Shown here in pieces: positions 61,394-64,000 of a DNA stretch of 64,000 nt (positions are counted from its first letter, which is position 1; each line of letters starts with the position of its first letter). Below the pieces are notes generated by a model. That model made no database searches, was not told the DNA's origin, and worked only from the letters and a program-made list of their open reading frames with translations. Source of the stretch: a plasmid; sequence record NZ_CP041047.1; one strand, written 5' to 3'. Position numbers and translations under genes: made by a program.

Positions 61394-63753
61394 AAAAAAA
61401 TATTGAGAACTTTGACACTTTTATTACGGAACAAAAAGCCTGGTTCGGTGAGAATCTGGCAGCAGATTTTGCAGAGTCATGGGATAGCCGTACATGGGTG
61501 TGTGGGCGCAAAGGCTCCGGCTGGTTACGTGGCAATGGTGATAGTGTATTGCGTTTCGATGAAATTAATCGGCTCAAAGGGATCGACGAGCACCATACTT
61601 TATCCGAGCCTTATCAGCTGTTCATGAAAGCCATGTTGGTACTCGTCTACCGAGCTAGAAATCGCAGTATTTCCCCTGCGGTTGCTGTTGCAACGCTGGT
61701 TATTTTGAAACGCTGGTACTGCGCTCTCTTCAAGTTAACCGGGCAAACGCATCCCATCTATCTGACTACAGATGTCGTACGTAGCGCAATGGATACTCTG
61801 AGTGCTGCATCCCGGCCAGGTGATCCCAACGTTGCCAATTACAAGGGGCGTTGCGTTAAGATTCAAAAATTAGTAAACCATCACGCCTTCACATTAGTAA
61901 CACTGCAATATGTATCCGATGATCGTTATACCAATCAGACTAATTTGACCCGAAAAGCCCGGGAAACAATCGCTCTAAAACAAAAAGACAAGCTGGATGA
62001 TACGGCCACTGATGGTGAAGATGCTCTGATTACAATTAGAGGGTTCCTCAATATAGTGTCATTAATCCAGCGAGTCGAAAGCAGCACTGAAAAGATTGCT
62101 CTCAATTGCCTTCTGTTACTGATCGTCACCGGATTTCGTTCTGTCGAAGCATTCAATCTCAGGCAGGATGCGTTAGTCAAACGACAAATAGATAGCCAAA
62201 ATATTAGTAGGCACCTGAAAGATAAGGGGTTACCGGATTATTTTCTTGGCATCCGTTATATTGGTGTTAAGGGAGCAGGTGAACGAACACATTGGGTCGA
62301 GCCCTTAGCGGTCCCTTTGGTTGAGAGCATATTCAGCTCGGTTAAGTCGCTAACAGTTGAGTTACGAAAGCATCTCGCAAATTTACGCTCAAAAGAATTT
62401 GCTGATTATTTACCTGAGGCAATCTGTGAATTTGAGGGTGAACTCGTTGAACTCGATGATATTGTAGAACACATAGCCCAGTCCTCATCAGAGCTTCGTG
62501 GTCGTGCAGGATTACGTGATAAAGTGTCGAAAGCGTTATCAAAACGAGGCTGTATCCCGACTCAAGTCATTCTTGGAACACGTAATCAGAAAGGAAAATA
62601 TTACTCAAAATCAGACCTTAGCCTTTTTCTTAAAAATGAATTTGGTGATAACAGCGAAAATACTCCCTGTACTCACGCATGGATAGAAAATGGCAAAAGA
62701 TATGAGGTTATGTATGAGGATTTATTGTTCCTTTTCCCTAAAGGATCTCTGACTTTAAAAAGAGGGTTGGAGCTGAAAACAACACCACAGCCACTTAGTA
62801 ATGCTGGACTAAACAAATTTCTCGGTAACGTTGACGGTCATTCTTCGGTCTTCAGTAAATATAGGCTGCTCGAAGATGATGGCCGCCCCACCCAGCTCCG
62901 TACTCATATTCCTCGTCACAATATAAACACTTTTCTCGCTATTGCTGAGATTTCAGACCACTTACAAGCGATGCTGATGGGGCGTGTTGATATCACTCAA
63001 AATCAGCATTATCAGCACCTGGCTCTCAAGGAACGGCGAAAAGCAGCTTCTCTAACCCCTTTAGTTCCAACCGTACCGGAGCAGTCAGCATCTAGTGCTG
63101 TTGACGTTGATTCACCTCTCGATGCGGTAAAGAAAAGTGGTTTAATGACGTTTAATCGCGTCCAGAGCCTGGAAATAAATATAAAGGCAAACCTACATAC
63201 CTTCGATGACCGTAACGATGTTGCAGGCTTCATTGAAGCGTCCTTAGGTGATGGATTATTCGAAGACATTGCCGCTGCGTTTGAAGAAATCAGTAAAAAC
63301 GAAGGGCCATCGCAAGCATCTGAAATGGTGCAAAGGCACGCTGTACTGCATCCATTGAAATTGGGTTCTTGCATGAGAGACGTTAACTTGTGGGGATGCC
63401 CTTATCGAATGAAGTGTCAGGCATTGAAGCCCTGTGAGCATTTCACGTTGACCGGGCGTGTTGATGAATACTCCGCTGTTGTATTCAAAGGTAGGGCATT
63501 AAACGAGGCCAAACTTGCTTTTGAACAGTATACCGCAGCCCTTTCTGACAACCAGCTAGTGCAAGGCAATATTGACGATAGTCTTGCACAGCTAGATGCA
63601 CTAAGTGAGCAATTACGCAGACGCTCAAACTCGTTGGAAGCAATTACCTCACAGGCACTTCTGTCAGGAGAAATAAAGGTGGAAGGTGAAATTCGTACAC
63701 TGGCTCAATTATTTGCTATCGAGTACCAAAAAATCAAACAAGGAGAAGACTGA
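61390..63753 (+). CDS. Tyrosine recombinase 3 of 3 (787 aa, long C-terminal extension)
   Basis: Box I TGFRSVEAFNL. Box II RTHIPRHNINTFLA...LMGR...HYQHL. Overlaps recombinase 2 by 4 nt. Confidence 0.6.
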   Translation: MKKNIENFDTFITEQKAWFGENLAADFAESWDSRTWVCGRKGSGWLRGNGDSVLRFDEINRLKGIDEHHTLSEPYQLFMKAMLVLVYRARNRSISPAVAVATLVILKRWYCALFKLTGQTHPIYLTTDVVRSAMDTLSAASRPGDPNVANYKGRCVKIQKLVNHHAFTLVTLQYVSDDRYTNQTNLTRKARETIALKQKDKLDDTATDGEDALITIRGFLNIVSLIQRVESSTEKIALNCLLLLIVTGFRSVEAFNLRQDALVKRQIDSQNISRHLKDKGLPDYFLGIRYIGVKGAGERTHWVEPLAVPLVESIFSSVKSLTVELRKHLANLRSKEFADYLPEAICEFEGELVELDDIVEHIAQSSSELRGRAGLRDKVSKALSKRGCIPTQVILGTRNQKGKYYSKSDLSLFLKNEFGDNSENTPCTHAWIENGKRYEVMYEDLLFLFPKGSLTLKRGLELKTTPQPLSNAGLNKFLGNVDGHSSVFSKYRLLEDDGRPTQLRTHIPRHNINTFLAIAEISDHLQAMLMGRVDITQNQHYQHLALKERRKAASLTPLVPTVPEQSASSAVDVDSPLDAVKKSGLMTFNRVQSLEINIKANLHTFDDRNDVAGFIEASLGDGLFEDIAAAFEEISKNEGPSQASEMVQRHAVLHPLKLGSCMRDVNLWGCPYRMKCQALKPCEHFTLTGRVDEYSAVVFKGRALNEAKLAFEQYTAALSDNQLVQGNIDDSLAQLDALSEQLRRRSNSLEAITSQALLSGEIKVEGEIRTLAQLFAIEYQKIKQGED

Positions 63754-63890
63754 TGCGTGGTAAAGAACTGGATACTCAGATCGAGCATGAGCTCCAACTG
63801 ATGCTGATTGAAGGGTTTGATAAATCGCCTATTTCGGCTAAAAGCTTGCATGCCAGACTTAAATCAAATGCATCATCAATGGCGGCTTAA
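63753..63890 (+). CDS. Small ORF (45 aa) overlapping the stop of recombinase 3 (TGATG)
   Basis: MRGKELDTQIEHELQLMLIEGFDKSPISAKSLHARLKSNASSMAA. Position analogous to a small accessory gene after recombinase pairs/trios. Confidence 0.3.
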   Translation: MRGKELDTQIEHELQLMLIEGFDKSPISAKSLHARLKSNASSMAA

Positions 63891-64000
63891 GTACATTAAG
63901 TAACATTGAACGAAAACGTCTTATTGCAGCCTATGTCGATCAACAATTATCCCCTCTAAATCTTCGTCCCAAAGAAAAGCAGCAGTATGTGAATCGTAAG

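Overview
The window looks like a mosaic accessory region of a large enterobacterial plasmid. This call is inferred from gene content (parMR/stbAB partition genes, umuDC, resolvase, IS26/IS5/IS2/IS1) and has not been checked against any database.

Region 1..15100 carries sulfur/persulfide-handling modules interleaved with nested insertion sequences. It holds two paralogous BigR/ArsR–CoA-disulfide reductase-rhodanese–MBL–YeeE/YedE–TauE clusters, one of them decayed, plus a third TauE/FmdE/ModE-like cluster. It also carries Dps, a PaaI thioesterase and a DUF134 + NifX-like pair. The IS elements here are an IS6-family element interrupted by a deleted IS2-like element, and IS110-family fragments.

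Region 15100..21900 contains a serine resolvase, the EcoRII restriction-modification pair and a nest of IS1 fragment / IS110-family / IS26 / IS110 fragment. Two 38-bp Tn3-family-type inverted repeats (GGGG..TAAG) lie in direct orientation around this block.

Region 21900..27300 has a LexA-box-controlled umuDC (mucAB-like) operon. It also has a plasmid-borne Tus homolog, an unusual 199-aa protein with a Cas6/RAMP-like glycine-rich C-terminal loop, a Ner-like regulator and a GNAT.

Region 28300..54200 is a long, mostly unidirectional block of small, largely uncharacterised genes, reminiscent of a plasmid leading region or anti-defence island. Recognisable members are an SSB-like protein, a PAPS-reductase-like PP-loop protein, a PerC-like regulator, a DnaN (beta-clamp) homolog, a Dam-type N6-adenine methyltransferase, RdgC, a helical protein + membrane-anchored DUF2726 + HNH operon, and a large DUF+N6A methyltransferase.

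Region 54400..64000 has a GntR-family gene split by IS5 (CTAG target-site duplication), a ParR/ParM (StbB/StbA) partition pair, and an abrupt switch to three consecutive, overlapping tyrosine recombinase genes plus a small fourth ORF.

No rRNA, tRNA or CRISPR array was seen.
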